IMG/VR virus record: IMGVR_UViG_3300031647_000001
DNA: 64,000 bases
Reading direction: 5' to 3' (one strand)
Origin: a virus
The notes beneath the pieces are model-generated. The model searched no databases, was not told where the DNA came from, and worked only from the letters and a program-made list of their open reading frames with translations. Positions within the stretch are counted from its first letter, which is position 1. Every line of letters starts with the position of its first letter. The position numbers and the translations under genes were made by a program. Below are positions 45,802 through 55,354 of this stretch, piece after piece.

Positions 45802-47045
45802 TGTTAAGTTTTAAAAGACAGCTGATAGCAGAAGCCGCATCTAAGAATACTCATATGACACATATTGAGGACTTAGTTTTGGACGGTGGAGTTAAGGGGG
45901 CACGCCAAGCAATCCTAGCATTACGAGCGCTTAGGGATATGTTATCTGGTAACGCGAAGGCGCCAGTCGACGTTACGGTCAAGTGGGACGGTGCCCCCGC
46001 CATATTCGCTGGTATGGATCCAAGTGATGGCAAATTCTTTGTAGCGAAAAAGGGAATCTTTAATGCTAATCCAAAGGTATATAAATCTCATGAAGATATT
46101 GACGCTGACACATCAGGCGATTTATCTAAGAAATTAAAAATAGCATTCGATAACTTAAAAGGCTTGGGCATCACTGATGTTATCCAAGGCGATTTTATGT
46201 TTGATAAGAGTGACATCAAAACAGAAACTATCAATGGTATTAAGCATATTACATTTCATCCTAATACAATTGTTTACGCTGTTCCTGTAGGGACTTCACT
46301 GGCCAAGGATATCACAAAGGCTGAGTTCGGAGTTGTATGGCATACATCATATAGTGGTTCAACATTCGAATCAATGTCAGCTACGTTTGGACAACCTATT
46401 ACACCTAAAATTAAATCTACATCTAAGGTTTGGCAGGTCGATGCTATGTTACCAGATATTTCTGGTTCTGCAACAATGACTGCAAAGGAAACTGAAGAAG
46501 TAACTAAACACTTATCAATTGCTGGCAAGATATTCAAGACAGTAGCTGGTTCAACGCTTAAAGAAATCGAATCTAATAAAGAACTTAACCTATTACTTAA
46601 CACATATAACAATACTAAAGTTCGTAAAGGTGAACGAATCACTAATACTACCACTCATGTAAAGGGATTAATAGATTGGGTTAACGATAGATATATGAAA
46701 CAGATTGATAAGCTATCATCTGAAAAAGGTAAAGCAAATAAAAACAAACAAAGAGAGGCTATATTATCCTTTTTTAGTACGTCTAATCAAAAAAAGTTAA
46801 TAAATGTGTTCGATTTGCAAAATTCTATAGTAGATAGCAAATTAATTATTATAAATAAACTAAACAGTCTTAACAAAATAGGTACATTTGTTAAAACGAA
46901 GTCCGGATTTAAAGTGACCAACCCTGAGGGTTTTGTTGCTATAGATCGTATGGAAGGTGGAGCGGTTAAACTTGTTGACAGATTAGAATTCTCTGCCAAT
47001 AACTTTAGCAAGGATATAATAAAAGGTTGGGAAAATCCTAACTAA
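45801..47045 (+). CDS. Covalent nucleotidyltransferase (ligase/capping-like, DUF6267-like)
   Basis: Motif I TVKWDG, III QGDFMF, IV PEGFV, V VKLV; leader MLSFKRQLIAEA. Confidence 0.65.
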   Translation: MLSFKRQLIAEAASKNTHMTHIEDLVLDGGVKGARQAILALRALRDMLSGNAKAPVDVTVKWDGAPAIFAGMDPSDGKFFVAKKGIFNANPKVYKSHEDIDADTSGDLSKKLKIAFDNLKGLGITDVIQGDFMFDKSDIKTETINGIKHITFHPNTIVYAVPVGTSLAKDITKAEFGVVWHTSYSGSTFESMSATFGQPITPKIKSTSKVWQVDAMLPDISGSATMTAKETEEVTKHLSIAGKIFKTVAGSTLKEIESNKELNLLLNTYNNTKVRKGERITNTTTHVKGLIDWVNDRYMKQIDKLSSEKGKANKNKQREAILSFFSTSNQKKLINVFDLQNSIVDSKLIIINKLNSLNKIGTFVKTKSGFKVTNPEGFVAIDRMEGGAVKLVDRLEFSANNFSKDIIKGWENPN

Positions 47046-47063
47046 TATGGGTGACCGAGGATA

Positions 47064-47426
47064 ATGAAGACATTTAAACAGTTCAATGAAGCGATGACTA
47101 CTTCTCAGCGAATGAAGGCTAAGGCTACGTTCCGAAAGAATAAAGGGAAGATCGCATTAGGCAGAAAGAAAGCTGCTAAAAAACTAGCCTCCCCAGAAAA
47201 ATTAAAAGCTCGTGCAACTAAACAAGCACGTAATATCCTTATCAAAAAAATCCTAAAAGACAAAAACAAAGCTGACCTAGGTTTTGCTGCACGTGGTGAA
47301 TTAGAAAAGAAATTAGACAAGAAAAAAGCAGCCATACAGAGAATAGCAAAGAAGCTATTACCGGCCGTTAAAAAAGCAGATAAATTAAAGTTGAAGAAAG
47401 TAAAAGAACCCAAAGGTGAAAAGTAA
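47064..47426 (+). CDS. Very basic hypothetical protein with IP-like leader
   Basis: MKTFKQFNEA start; Lys/Arg/Ala-rich; TATAAATA at 46850-46857 upstream. Confidence 0.7.
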   Translation: MKTFKQFNEAMTTSQRMKAKATFRKNKGKIALGRKKAAKKLASPEKLKARATKQARNILIKKILKDKNKADLGFAARGELEKKLDKKKAAIQRIAKKLLPAVKKADKLKLKKVKEPKGEK

Positions 47427-47432
47427 TATATT

Positions 47433-48671
47433 ATGATAAACTCGTTTAAGTCGTATCTTAAGGAAGATAAATCGGAAGTCACCTTTGCTTTTGGCAGGTT
47501 CAATCCGCCAACAATAGGACATGAAAAGTTAATGGATGCTGTTAAGAAAGTATCTATGGGTGGAACATATAGAGTATATCCATCTCAGTCACAGGATGCT
47601 AAAAAGAATCCTCTTAATTTTAATGATAAAGTTAAGTTTATGAGAAAGATGTTTCCTAAGCATGCCAGAAATATTATGGCAGATAAAGGAATAAGACAAC
47701 CAATGGATATTGTTGTTGCACTATATAAGCAAGGGTTTACTAAAGTAACTATGGTTGCTGGTAGTGATAGAGTACTAGAGTTTGAAAAGTTACTGAACAA
47801 ATATAATGGCGAAAAAGGTAGGCATGGGTTCTACCAATTTGAAGGTGGCATAACTGTTAAAAGCGCAGGTGAAAGAGATCCTGATGCTGAAGGTGCTACT
47901 GGAATGTCAGCTTCTAAATTAAGAGCTGCAGCAAAAGAAAACGATTTAGCTGCATTTTCAAAAGGTATGCCTAAAGGATTTAAGGCTGCAGAAGAAGTTA
48001 TGAATGCCGTAAGAGCTGGAATGGGTTTAGCTGAATCAAAGAATTTCAGAAAGCATGTTCAATTAGAAAAAGTATCTGATAGAAGAGAAGAATATATTAA
48101 TGGCCAACTCTTTAAAGAGGGTGATGAAGTAATCATTAAAGCCACTAATGAAGTTGGTAGTATTAAAGTATGTGCTTCTAACTATGTCATAGTACAACTA
48201 GGTGAAGAAAAGAAAAGAGTTTGGTTGGACGGAGTAGAGTTAATCGAATATGTCAATGAAGTTGGCACAGATAAAACTACTAAAGATTATAAGAAAGTCA
48301 CTCCTGGCGAAGCTAAAGACTATGATACTATGGACTCTAAAGAAAAGGCAAAGCATGATAAGCCTAGAGATGATGCTCCAGAGAGTAAACATACAAAGAA
48401 TTTTAAAAAGAAATTTGGAGAAATGAAAAGCTTCAAGGATTCTTTAAAAGAAGATGGTACAAAAGTATCATTGCAGAAAAAGGCGGATAAAACCGGTATG
48501 CCGTATGGTATATTAAAGAAAGTATTTGATAGGGGATACGCAGCCTGGAAGACCAGTCATAGACCAGGGACTAATCCAACACAATGGGGTATGGCAAGAG
48601 TTAACTCTTTTGCTACTAAAAGCAAAGGAACATGGGGCGGAGCTGATAAAGATCTAGCCGCTAAAGTATAG
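47433..48671 (+). CDS. HIGH-family nucleotidyltransferase (cytidyltransferase-like) fused to extra C-terminal modules
   Basis: FGRFNPPTIGH, KNPL, GSDR, MSASKLR; C-terminal RG.AAW...HRPG...WG.ARVNSF module. Confidence 0.8.
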   Translation: MINSFKSYLKEDKSEVTFAFGRFNPPTIGHEKLMDAVKKVSMGGTYRVYPSQSQDAKKNPLNFNDKVKFMRKMFPKHARNIMADKGIRQPMDIVVALYKQGFTKVTMVAGSDRVLEFEKLLNKYNGEKGRHGFYQFEGGITVKSAGERDPDAEGATGMSASKLRAAAKENDLAAFSKGMPKGFKAAEEVMNAVRAGMGLAESKNFRKHVQLEKVSDRREEYINGQLFKEGDEVIIKATNEVGSIKVCASNYVIVQLGEEKKRVWLDGVELIEYVNEVGTDKTTKDYKKVTPGEAKDYDTMDSKEKAKHDKPRDDAPESKHTKNFKKKFGEMKSFKDSLKEDGTKVSLQKKADKTGMPYGILKKVFDRGYAAWKTSHRPGTNPTQWGMARVNSFATKSKGTWGGADKDLAAKV

Positions 48672-48680
48672 GAAAAAAAA

Positions 48681-49241
48681 ATGAAATTAAAAGACTTAAG
48701 AGAAAAATTTACCGCTATTGACGAAGCTAAGCAGGAGTTCTGGACAGTCACTGTTCTGAAGTCTATAAATAAGTTAAAGAAGGGACAAAAGGTTGTTGTT
48801 AAAGCCCGTGGATCTAGTGAAGCACTGAAAAAAGGTGCTAAGAACCTTGGAGACCCACAAGCTAATATGCCAGGTTACCTAGAAGTAGCGAAGGATAAGA
48901 AAGAAGGTGTTGAAGAAGCTTTATCTGATAAAGATAAAAAGAAACGTTTAGCTATGATCAAAAAGGCAGTAGAAAAAATCTCTAAGAGTAATGCTGATAT
49001 GGCTAAGAAAGATGCTCTTAGAATGATGAAAGATTCTGGTATGTTTGATGAACAGGTTAATGAAGATAGAAAAAAAGATTTAAAAGATTTAGAAACTTTA
49101 TCCCTAGCTTATACAGATCAAAAGAGTAAAGGTAAAGACGTTAAGGTATTACTAAAGCAAATTTCAAGTTTAAAGAAGAAACTTGGTGAGAGTACAACTA
49201 TTAAAACATTTAAACAAATGAGAGTTGAGGGGAAAAAATAA
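48681..49241 (+). CDS. Lys/Glu-rich modular hypothetical protein
   Basis: Segments separated by IDE|A, VEE|A, VNE|D motifs. Confidence 0.6.
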   Translation: MKLKDLREKFTAIDEAKQEFWTVTVLKSINKLKKGQKVVVKARGSSEALKKGAKNLGDPQANMPGYLEVAKDKKEGVEEALSDKDKKKRLAMIKKAVEKISKSNADMAKKDALRMMKDSGMFDEQVNEDRKKDLKDLETLSLAYTDQKSKGKDVKVLLKQISSLKKKLGESTTIKTFKQMRVEGKK

Positions 49242-50020
49242 TGTCGATAACAGAAGCAAAATTTAAACCGGCATTAATAAAAAAAGCAATTGGCATTGCT
49301 AATAAGATGGCCGGTAATTATTCAGGCGCAGTTAGAGCAATTGAAAAATTACAAAAAGGTCTTTCTAAATACAAAGAAGTTAATGATGTATTGTATAAAG
49401 TTAATAACGAATCAGTTAGCTATCTGAAAGCTATTATCAAAGAAGCTTGGGGTAAGAACCTTGATGAACTATGTGCTTCAATGAAGTTAAACAAAGTTCA
49501 AAAAGATATCCTTAAAGATTATATGGACCATGGTCAAATCAAATCTCAATATGTAGGACGTGCTGCTGGTGATGTAAAAGCTAGTAGAATTTATGCTGCT
49601 AAGAAACCTTATAGAGGTCAATTAACAGATAAGAAAGAAGCCTTATATAATGCTATGAAGATTAATCCAAAGCAAAAGAAAATCCTAGCATCTTATATGA
49701 CATCAGGAAATATTGTAGGTAAGTATGCTGGTTCAATGGCTGGTAGTCATAAAGAAACTAAAAAATATCAAGGCATGAAAAACTTTAAAGAACATTATAA
49801 TATAATTAATGAAAGAAACTTTAAAGCTACTTTAGATTATGATATGGGTGATCCGAGAGATAATCAAGATGACTGGCAAGACGATGGAGTCTTTATCGAT
49901 ACTTGGGATAAAAGAGAAGGCCAATTAGTGGTCACAAGTACAGATAAAAGAGGTTTAGAAAAATGGTTGGTAGATGTTTACGGTTTAGATAAAAAGACTG
50001 TAAAAGGATTAGTTAAATAA
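49241..50020 (+). CDS. Modular hypothetical protein with internal duplication
   Basis: Repeat MKLNKVQKDILKDYM.HG / MKINPKQKKILASYM.SG. Confidence 0.6.
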   Translation: MSITEAKFKPALIKKAIGIANKMAGNYSGAVRAIEKLQKGLSKYKEVNDVLYKVNNESVSYLKAIIKEAWGKNLDELCASMKLNKVQKDILKDYMDHGQIKSQYVGRAAGDVKASRIYAAKKPYRGQLTDKKEALYNAMKINPKQKKILASYMTSGNIVGKYAGSMAGSHKETKKYQGMKNFKEHYNIINERNFKATLDYDMGDPRDNQDDWQDDGVFIDTWDKREGQLVVTSTDKRGLEKWLVDVYGLDKKTVKGLVK

Positions 50021-50304
50021 TGGCAAGAGTGACTCAAACAGATAGATTAGATAGAATTGAAGATAAACTCGATCGACTATCTGATGCTATTATATCACTC
50101 GCCCGAGCTGAAGAAAAGCTCATGGGATTAGAAAAATTCGTTCATCAACAAATGGAAATGTTGGTTGATGGGCAAAGGCGATTAGAACTGGTAGAAAAGA
50201 AAGTTTCAGAAAATGGAACTACTATTAATATAATCAATAAAATATTCTGGATAGTTATGGCTGCAGCCGCAACCGCTGTCACTGGAATGATAATACTGCA
50301 ATAA
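50020..50304 (+). CDS. Coiled-coil protein with C-terminal TM (XhlA/holin-like)
   Basis: RLDRIEDKLDRL coiled coil plus one C-terminal hydrophobic helix. Confidence 0.55.
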   Translation: MARVTQTDRLDRIEDKLDRLSDAIISLARAEEKLMGLEKFVHQQMEMLVDGQRRLELVEKKVSENGTTINIINKIFWIVMAAAATAVTGMIILQ

Positions 50305-50315
50305 AGGAGAAAACT

Positions 50316-51557
50316 ATGAAATTGCAAGATAAAGAAACTCTAAGTGTTGCTGACGCTGTCAAGAATGTCTTAGAGAACAAGAAAGCCGTTAACGAAATGG
50401 ATCCAAAAGATCACGTTACGAAAGACGGTGACTCATATGTAGTCAAAAAGAATGATGGTACGGTAATGAAATCGTTTGATTCAGAAGAGGAAGCATCAGC
50501 TTGGGCAACTAAGAATCATGATGCCATAATGAAAGAATCAGAAGAGCCTAATAAACCTAGTAAGAAGAATGGCCCAGCAACTGGAGAAGATGACTTTGAT
50601 AAGAAGCATAAGATCAAGAAAACTGGTGCTAACGACAAAGGCGAAGTTAGTGCTGAAGGTACTTTACCACCAGCTCTTCAAAAGGCTATTGATAAAAAGA
50701 ACGGTAAGAAAACTGACGACGAAGACGAAGTAGAAGAAGGCATTGAAAAAGAAGGTAATAAATTTACTGGTGCTTTAAATGCTGCTCGTAAGAATGGCGA
50801 TAAAACATTCGTAGTCTCTGGTAAGAAGTATACTGTTTCTGAGTATGACGATAAAGAAGATGAAGACGAAGATGAACTAGACGAAGCTAAGAAAGCTGGC
50901 AAAGGAAAAGTTACTATTGATGTAGATTACAGTGGTGATACAACTGATGCTAAGAATGCTGAGAAAAAGTTCAAGCTTAAAATTAAAATGCGTGGTAGAG
51001 GAACTGCTGACGTAACTGGTGATAAAGCTAATATCGTTAAATGGCTAAAAAGCGACATGTATGGTATGGACCAAGATGATATCGAAGATATCTTCGCGAA
51101 TCTATTTGAAGATACTGTCAATGAAGATCAAAAAGCGTATCAAGCTTTCTTCGCAAAAGCTCTTAAGAAGTTTGGTGTTAGTAACCCAGCTGAATTAAAA
51201 GGCGACAAGAAGAAAGAATTCTTTGATTACGTAGATGCTAACTATAACTCTAAAGCTGAAAAAGGCACTGACGGAGTTAAAGAAGGTATTAGTGATGTAA
51301 TTGGTAAAGTCAAAGATAAAGTCAAAGGTGTTGATAGAGATAAAATCAAGAAAATTAATCTAAAAATTAATGCTCTTGTTGATAAAGATAGAGAAGCTCA
51401 AGCTAAACTTAAAGCTGCAGAACAAAATGACTCTTTATCTGATGAAGAATTTGATAAAAAGGAATCTTTCTACAACGAAGTAATGGCCAATATTGGAAAA
51501 GAAATCAGTCAGCTAAAAGATTCACTTAAAAAGGCTAGAGCCGGTAGGAGAGGATAA
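50316..51557 (+). CDS. Lys/Glu/Asp-rich modular hypothetical protein
   Basis: RBS AAGGAG; modules separated by VNE|M, VEE|G, LDE|A, VNE|D, VKE|G. Confidence 0.65.
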   Translation: MKLQDKETLSVADAVKNVLENKKAVNEMDPKDHVTKDGDSYVVKKNDGTVMKSFDSEEEASAWATKNHDAIMKESEEPNKPSKKNGPATGEDDFDKKHKIKKTGANDKGEVSAEGTLPPALQKAIDKKNGKKTDDEDEVEEGIEKEGNKFTGALNAARKNGDKTFVVSGKKYTVSEYDDKEDEDEDELDEAKKAGKGKVTIDVDYSGDTTDAKNAEKKFKLKIKMRGRGTADVTGDKANIVKWLKSDMYGMDQDDIEDIFANLFEDTVNEDQKAYQAFFAKALKKFGVSNPAELKGDKKKEFFDYVDANYNSKAEKGTDGVKEGISDVIGKVKDKVKGVDRDKIKKINLKINALVDKDREAQAKLKAAEQNDSLSDEEFDKKESFYNEVMANIGKEISQLKDSLKKARAGRRG

Positions 51558-51558
51558 G

Positions 51559-51921
51559 ATGAAAACATTTGCAGAAATTAGAAATCATGTTACTGAAGGT
51601 GTAAAAGATCTTAAAAACTTTAAGAATAAAAACCGTAAAGCTGAAGCTTCAATGACCATTGAGATAGTTAAAGGTAATACCTCTAATAAGTTTGATGATG
51701 ACTTTGGATTCAATCAAGCTGAAATGAGTGCTATGGATAAAGTTATTAGTAAAGTTAAGTCTATGCATATATCTAGCTTTGATGGTGGAGAAGGAGCTCC
51801 TGCATCTTTAGAATTTTATGGTGATAAGACTTCACTTGATACGTTTTTGAAAGATTCAAGTGTAGTAAAAACTATGAAGAAATATAAAGCTAAAGTCAAC
51901 GGCCCGTATATAAACAAGTAG
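51559..51921 (+). CDS. Hypothetical protein with IP-like leader
   Basis: MKTFAEIRNHVTEG start. Confidence 0.65.
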   Translation: MKTFAEIRNHVTEGVKDLKNFKNKNRKAEASMTIEIVKGNTSNKFDDDFGFNQAEMSAMDKVISKVKSMHISSFDGGEGAPASLEFYGDKTSLDTFLKDSSVVKTMKKYKAKVNGPYINK

Positions 51922-51949
51922 GTTAACCTTACGGGTTATATATATTATT

Positions 51950-52321
51950 ATGGACACTAAATTTGAAACGCTGACTAATAAAAACTTTGATCTCTTCGCA
52001 GCAAAGAGTTATAACAATCCAGAATGTATGGATGTTGAAGAGTTTAAAGATGATTTAAAACGGTTTAAGTATTTAAAGCGCTTGTTAAGAAGATATGCTG
52101 ATCATGGTGATCTTCAAGAGCGCTTAATCTTAAACCATTTAATCGTAATATATAATGTATTCGGAATAGAAGCCGCTAATAAGATGGTATGGTTTAAAGT
52201 AGAAAATGAACACTATCATTATATTAAACCATTCTTAATATTTCTACATTTTTTACCAGTGAGTGAATATGTTGAAATAGGAATGGACGAACCAATAGTA
52301 GATGTACTAAGGAAACTATGA
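51950..52321 (+). CDS. Conserved T4-like hypothetical protein
   Basis: F..L...NF.LFAAK.Y.NP.C...EEF..DL.RFKYLKRL; LILNHLIV..NVFG. Confidence 0.75.
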   Translation: MDTKFETLTNKNFDLFAAKSYNNPECMDVEEFKDDLKRFKYLKRLLRRYADHGDLQERLILNHLIVIYNVFGIEAANKMVWFKVENEHYHYIKPFLIFLHFLPVSEYVEIGMDEPIVDVLRKL

Positions 52322-52935
52322 ACCTAAAAAAGAGTCCGACACTAAGCGAAGGCTTGCTCTCTAGAGCAGGTGATATCTTTTATGCGTTTCGTTTCTTAAA
52401 GCTTTTAGTTACTCCATGGGAGAAAATGAAAGCATTTGATTATGGTATTATTGACAAGAAAGGAAAGAAGATTAAGAAGCCAGAACTTCCTGCTGAGAAA
52501 TCAGCCTATACTATCTTTCATAGATTAGTATTCAATGTCAAAAGATTAATAAATTTAGTACCAGGTGGTGTAGCTAATAAGATAGCTTCATACGCTACTG
52601 CGTTATTTTTAATTAAAGAAGAGACAGGAATGTCAGAAAAGCAAATTAAAAATATAATGAGTAAAATGGAAGGAGAAGATTGGGATCAGTTACAGATTGA
52701 AGAATCGAAATGGTTTCAAAACGAACTTGGTCAGCTCAATCCTGGAACCTATATGCTTGTAAGAGACATCGCATCTCCAATTACTGGTGATATGATTGGT
52801 CTCAAAAAATCAAAGGTGGTTGTAGAAGACGTAACTGACCCCTATGATAATTTCCTAGGTTGTTCTGTTTATAAGGTGAAACACGCTTTAACTAAACAAG
52901 ACCTATTTATCACTAACCACGACATTATCCGATAG
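52318..52935 (+). CDS. Conserved hypothetical protein
   Basis: RAGD.FYAFRFLKLL.TPW, GIID..GK, YT.FHRLVFN.KRL. Confidence 0.7.
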   Translation: MNLKKSPTLSEGLLSRAGDIFYAFRFLKLLVTPWEKMKAFDYGIIDKKGKKIKKPELPAEKSAYTIFHRLVFNVKRLINLVPGGVANKIASYATALFLIKEETGMSEKQIKNIMSKMEGEDWDQLQIEESKWFQNELGQLNPGTYMLVRDIASPITGDMIGLKKSKVVVEDVTDPYDNFLGCSVYKVKHALTKQDLFITNHDIIR

Positions 52936-52956
52936 TGTTCTATTATATATAATAAT

Positions 52957-53109
52957 ATGAAGTTAAAAACATTTAAAATGTGGGAAATGGCAGCCAATTC
53001 AGTTGGTGGTGGTGGCGTATCGATGCCAGCAGATGCTCAATACGACAAGAAGAAAAAGAAAAATATAATGCTGAAGCGAGAGAAATTAAAAAATGTCCAA
53101 GGTAATTGA
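52957..53109 (+). CDS. 50-aa peptide with IP-like leader
   Basis: Manual read MKLKTFKMWEMAANSVGGGGVSMP.D...KKKKK. Confidence 0.5.
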   Translation: MKLKTFKMWEMAANSVGGGGVSMPADAQYDKKKKKNIMLKREKLKNVQGN

Positions 53110-53359
53110 TTGGTTTAAAAAAGCACCAGGTTGGTGTAAACGAGCTTGGATATGGATCAAATCATGGTTCATTACATATCATACAGTAACAGTATCATAT
53201 AACGCAATATACGGTGACGCAGACGACCAAGTCTTTGAAAACGTCCCAAAAATAATAACAGAAAAAGAAAAGATTTTAGTCTTCATAGATGACGAAGGCC
53301 GAAGAGTGAAATTCGCTGGAGCGGATGGACTGAACTATAAGATAGAGGAACAAGATTAA
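53093..53359 (+). CDS. Hypothetical protein
   Basis: In-operon ORF. Confidence 0.55.
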   Translation: MSKVIDWFKKAPGWCKRAWIWIKSWFITYHTVTVSYNAIYGDADDQVFENVPKIITEKEKILVFIDDEGRRVKFAGADGLNYKIEEQD

Positions 53360-53742
53360 TGCAACAATTATTAATTGGAATTATATTAGTATTAGGTCTA
53401 GGAGGTTATTGGTTATACCAAGAAAACCAAACACTAGCATCTAATAACATAGCACTGGAAGGTGCAGTAGCTGAACAAAAAGCTACGATGGTGGCTATAC
53501 GAGAAGCCTTTGAAAAACAAGGCAATGCCCTACAGAATATGAGTAGAGTGAATGCCGAAATTGAAGCTGAGAAAGCAGAATACCTAGCGATATTCGGAAG
53601 GCACAATTTGGATATGTTAGCTATAAAGAAACCTGGACTAATGCAGAATAGGTTTAATTCAGCTAGTGAAAATGTTATGGAGGGATTAGAAGATGACACT
53701 AAAAAATTATACAGTATTGACACTCCTACTAGTACTGACTAG
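53359..53742 (+). CDS. Putative i-spanin (Rz-like)
   Basis: N-terminal TM followed by coiled coil; overlaps a downstream lipoprotein gene. Confidence 0.7.
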   Translation: MQQLLIGIILVLGLGGYWLYQENQTLASNNIALEGAVAEQKATMVAIREAFEKQGNALQNMSRVNAEIEAEKAEYLAIFGRHNLDMLAIKKPGLMQNRFNSASENVMEGLEDDTKKLYSIDTPTSTD

Positions 53743-54193
53743 TGGTTGTTCTTTATTAGGAACAAAAAATATAGAGATCGTCGCTAAGCCGATTGAAATA
53801 GAAATCATGCAGCCTGGATTACCAAGGCCTGTTGATCTTACAGCACCTAATTGGTATGTAGTATCAGAAGCAAAGATTGCAAATCCATGCGTTAAGGTTG
53901 GAGATAAAAGACCTAAAGCATGTGCTAAAGAAGATACACAGAATCCAGAATGGCCTGTAGGATATACCTACTTAGACAGATTCATAGATGAAATGAAAGA
54001 ACAAAATAACGGAGAAGTTGTTTTCGTTGCTACTACAATAGGTGACTATAAAGTAATGGCGGAAGATATGCAAGAACTAAAAAGATATATCAAACAACTT
54101 GGAGAAGTAGTAGTATACTATAGAGATGTAACAATGTCCGATGGCCAAAAGGGTATCGGCGCGCAAATTGAGGTGAATAAAGATGGGAACTAG
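53693..54193 (+). CDS. Putative o-spanin (Rz1-like lipoprotein)
   Basis: Lipobox LTSGC, Pro-rich segment. Confidence 0.7.
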   Translation: MTLKNYTVLTLLLVLTSGCSLLGTKNIEIVAKPIEIEIMQPGLPRPVDLTAPNWYVVSEAKIANPCVKVGDKRPKACAKEDTQNPEWPVGYTYLDRFIDEMKEQNNGEVVFVATTIGDYKVMAEDMQELKRYIKQLGEVVVYYRDVTMSDGQKGIGAQIEVNKDGN

Positions 54194-54938
54194 GATAAAA
54201 GAAATGGGCCAATGGGACAGAGCAAGCATAGCAGCTAAGCTAGCAGCGAATGCATATAAAACAGAAGCACAAGCAAAAGCCGCTACTAAGAAATTAGGAT
54301 TTCCATGGTGTAAGCTTATATCCAGAGATGGCGCTGAATGCTTAGTAGTAAAAGATCGTAATGATTTATGGTTTGCGTTTAGAGGTACAGAACCTTCAAA
54401 GATTAATGATGTCATGGCTGATCTTAATGTTATCAAAGGCGCGGCAATGGCAGGCGGTAAAGTTCATAGTGGATTCCAGAAAGAAGTGAATGACTTATGG
54501 ATGGATGTATTGGCAGAAATAGAACATAACGACCAATTAAAGGTTAGAAAAGATGTGTATATGACTGGTCATTCTCTAGGTGCTGCAATGGCAACTATAG
54601 CTGCAACTCGTTATACACCTATTGAATTGTTTACATTCGGATCTCCAAGAGTTGGTGGACCAAAATTCATTAGAAATATTAAGTGTCCTCATTTTAGATT
54701 CATGAACAATAACGATATCGTATGTAGGATTCCACCAGCATGGTTAGGATTCACACATCACGGTGAAATGATTTACTTTGATAGTGATGGCAATAAAGCA
54801 ACTGGTCCATCTTGGAAAGATGCATTTAAAGGAATATTAAACTCTTGGAAAAGATTTAAATTCTTTGACGGTATTGTCGATCACGGCATGCCCAACTATG
54901 TAAGAGCAATAGCAAAACTTAATAAGATTAAAGATTAA
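54183..54938 (+). CDS. Class 3 lipase (alpha/beta hydrolase)
   Basis: AFRGT, VH.GF, TGHSLGAA, TFGSPRVG, N.DIVC.IPP, H. Confidence 0.9.
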   Translation: MGTRIKEMGQWDRASIAAKLAANAYKTEAQAKAATKKLGFPWCKLISRDGAECLVVKDRNDLWFAFRGTEPSKINDVMADLNVIKGAAMAGGKVHSGFQKEVNDLWMDVLAEIEHNDQLKVRKDVYMTGHSLGAAMATIAATRYTPIELFTFGSPRVGGPKFIRNIKCPHFRFMNNNDIVCRIPPAWLGFTHHGEMIYFDSDGNKATGPSWKDAFKGILNSWKRFKFFDGIVDHGMPNYVRAIAKLNKIKD

Positions 54939-55309
54939 TGTATTTCTTATTGATACTATCTCTTAAGTCAATACTATCATCAGTGATTGGTAGTTCTTTC
55001 TACAACTGGTTTGAAAAAACCACTATGGGTATATGGTTTCAAGCGAAACTAGATGCTTTCCTGCAGCATTATGCAGAGAAATACGATTTGGAAGTGGCTA
55101 AGAAAGATGCAAAATTTAGAAAACAATATCCGATACAAGCTGAAAGGTTAGACCATCTAGAATCTCATTGCCATCCTAAATGTGGCATAGAAGGATTTGA
55201 TGGGTATATTCCACTTATAGATAGAATAGAATCTTTAGAAGAAGATCTAAATACTCTATGGGATATCCATCTCAAAGAGATTGGAAATCACTTAAAGAAA
55301 AAGAAATAA
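54938..55309 (+). CDS. Hypothetical protein with hydrophobic N-terminus
   Basis: Coupled ORF. Confidence 0.55.
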   Translation: MYFLLILSLKSILSSVIGSSFYNWFEKTTMGIWFQAKLDAFLQHYAEKYDLEVAKKDAKFRKQYPIQAERLDHLESHCHPKCGIEGFDGYIPLIDRIESLEEDLNTLWDIHLKEIGNHLKKKK

Positions 55310-55312
55310 ACC

Positions 55313-55341
55313 TTTACAATAGCACATAACTGTGTTATAAT
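55313..55341 (+). promoter_or_regulatory. Sigma70-like promoter for nrdAB
   Basis: TTTACA-N17-TATAAT. Confidence 0.75.
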
Positions 55342-55354
55342 ATAACTTAATATT

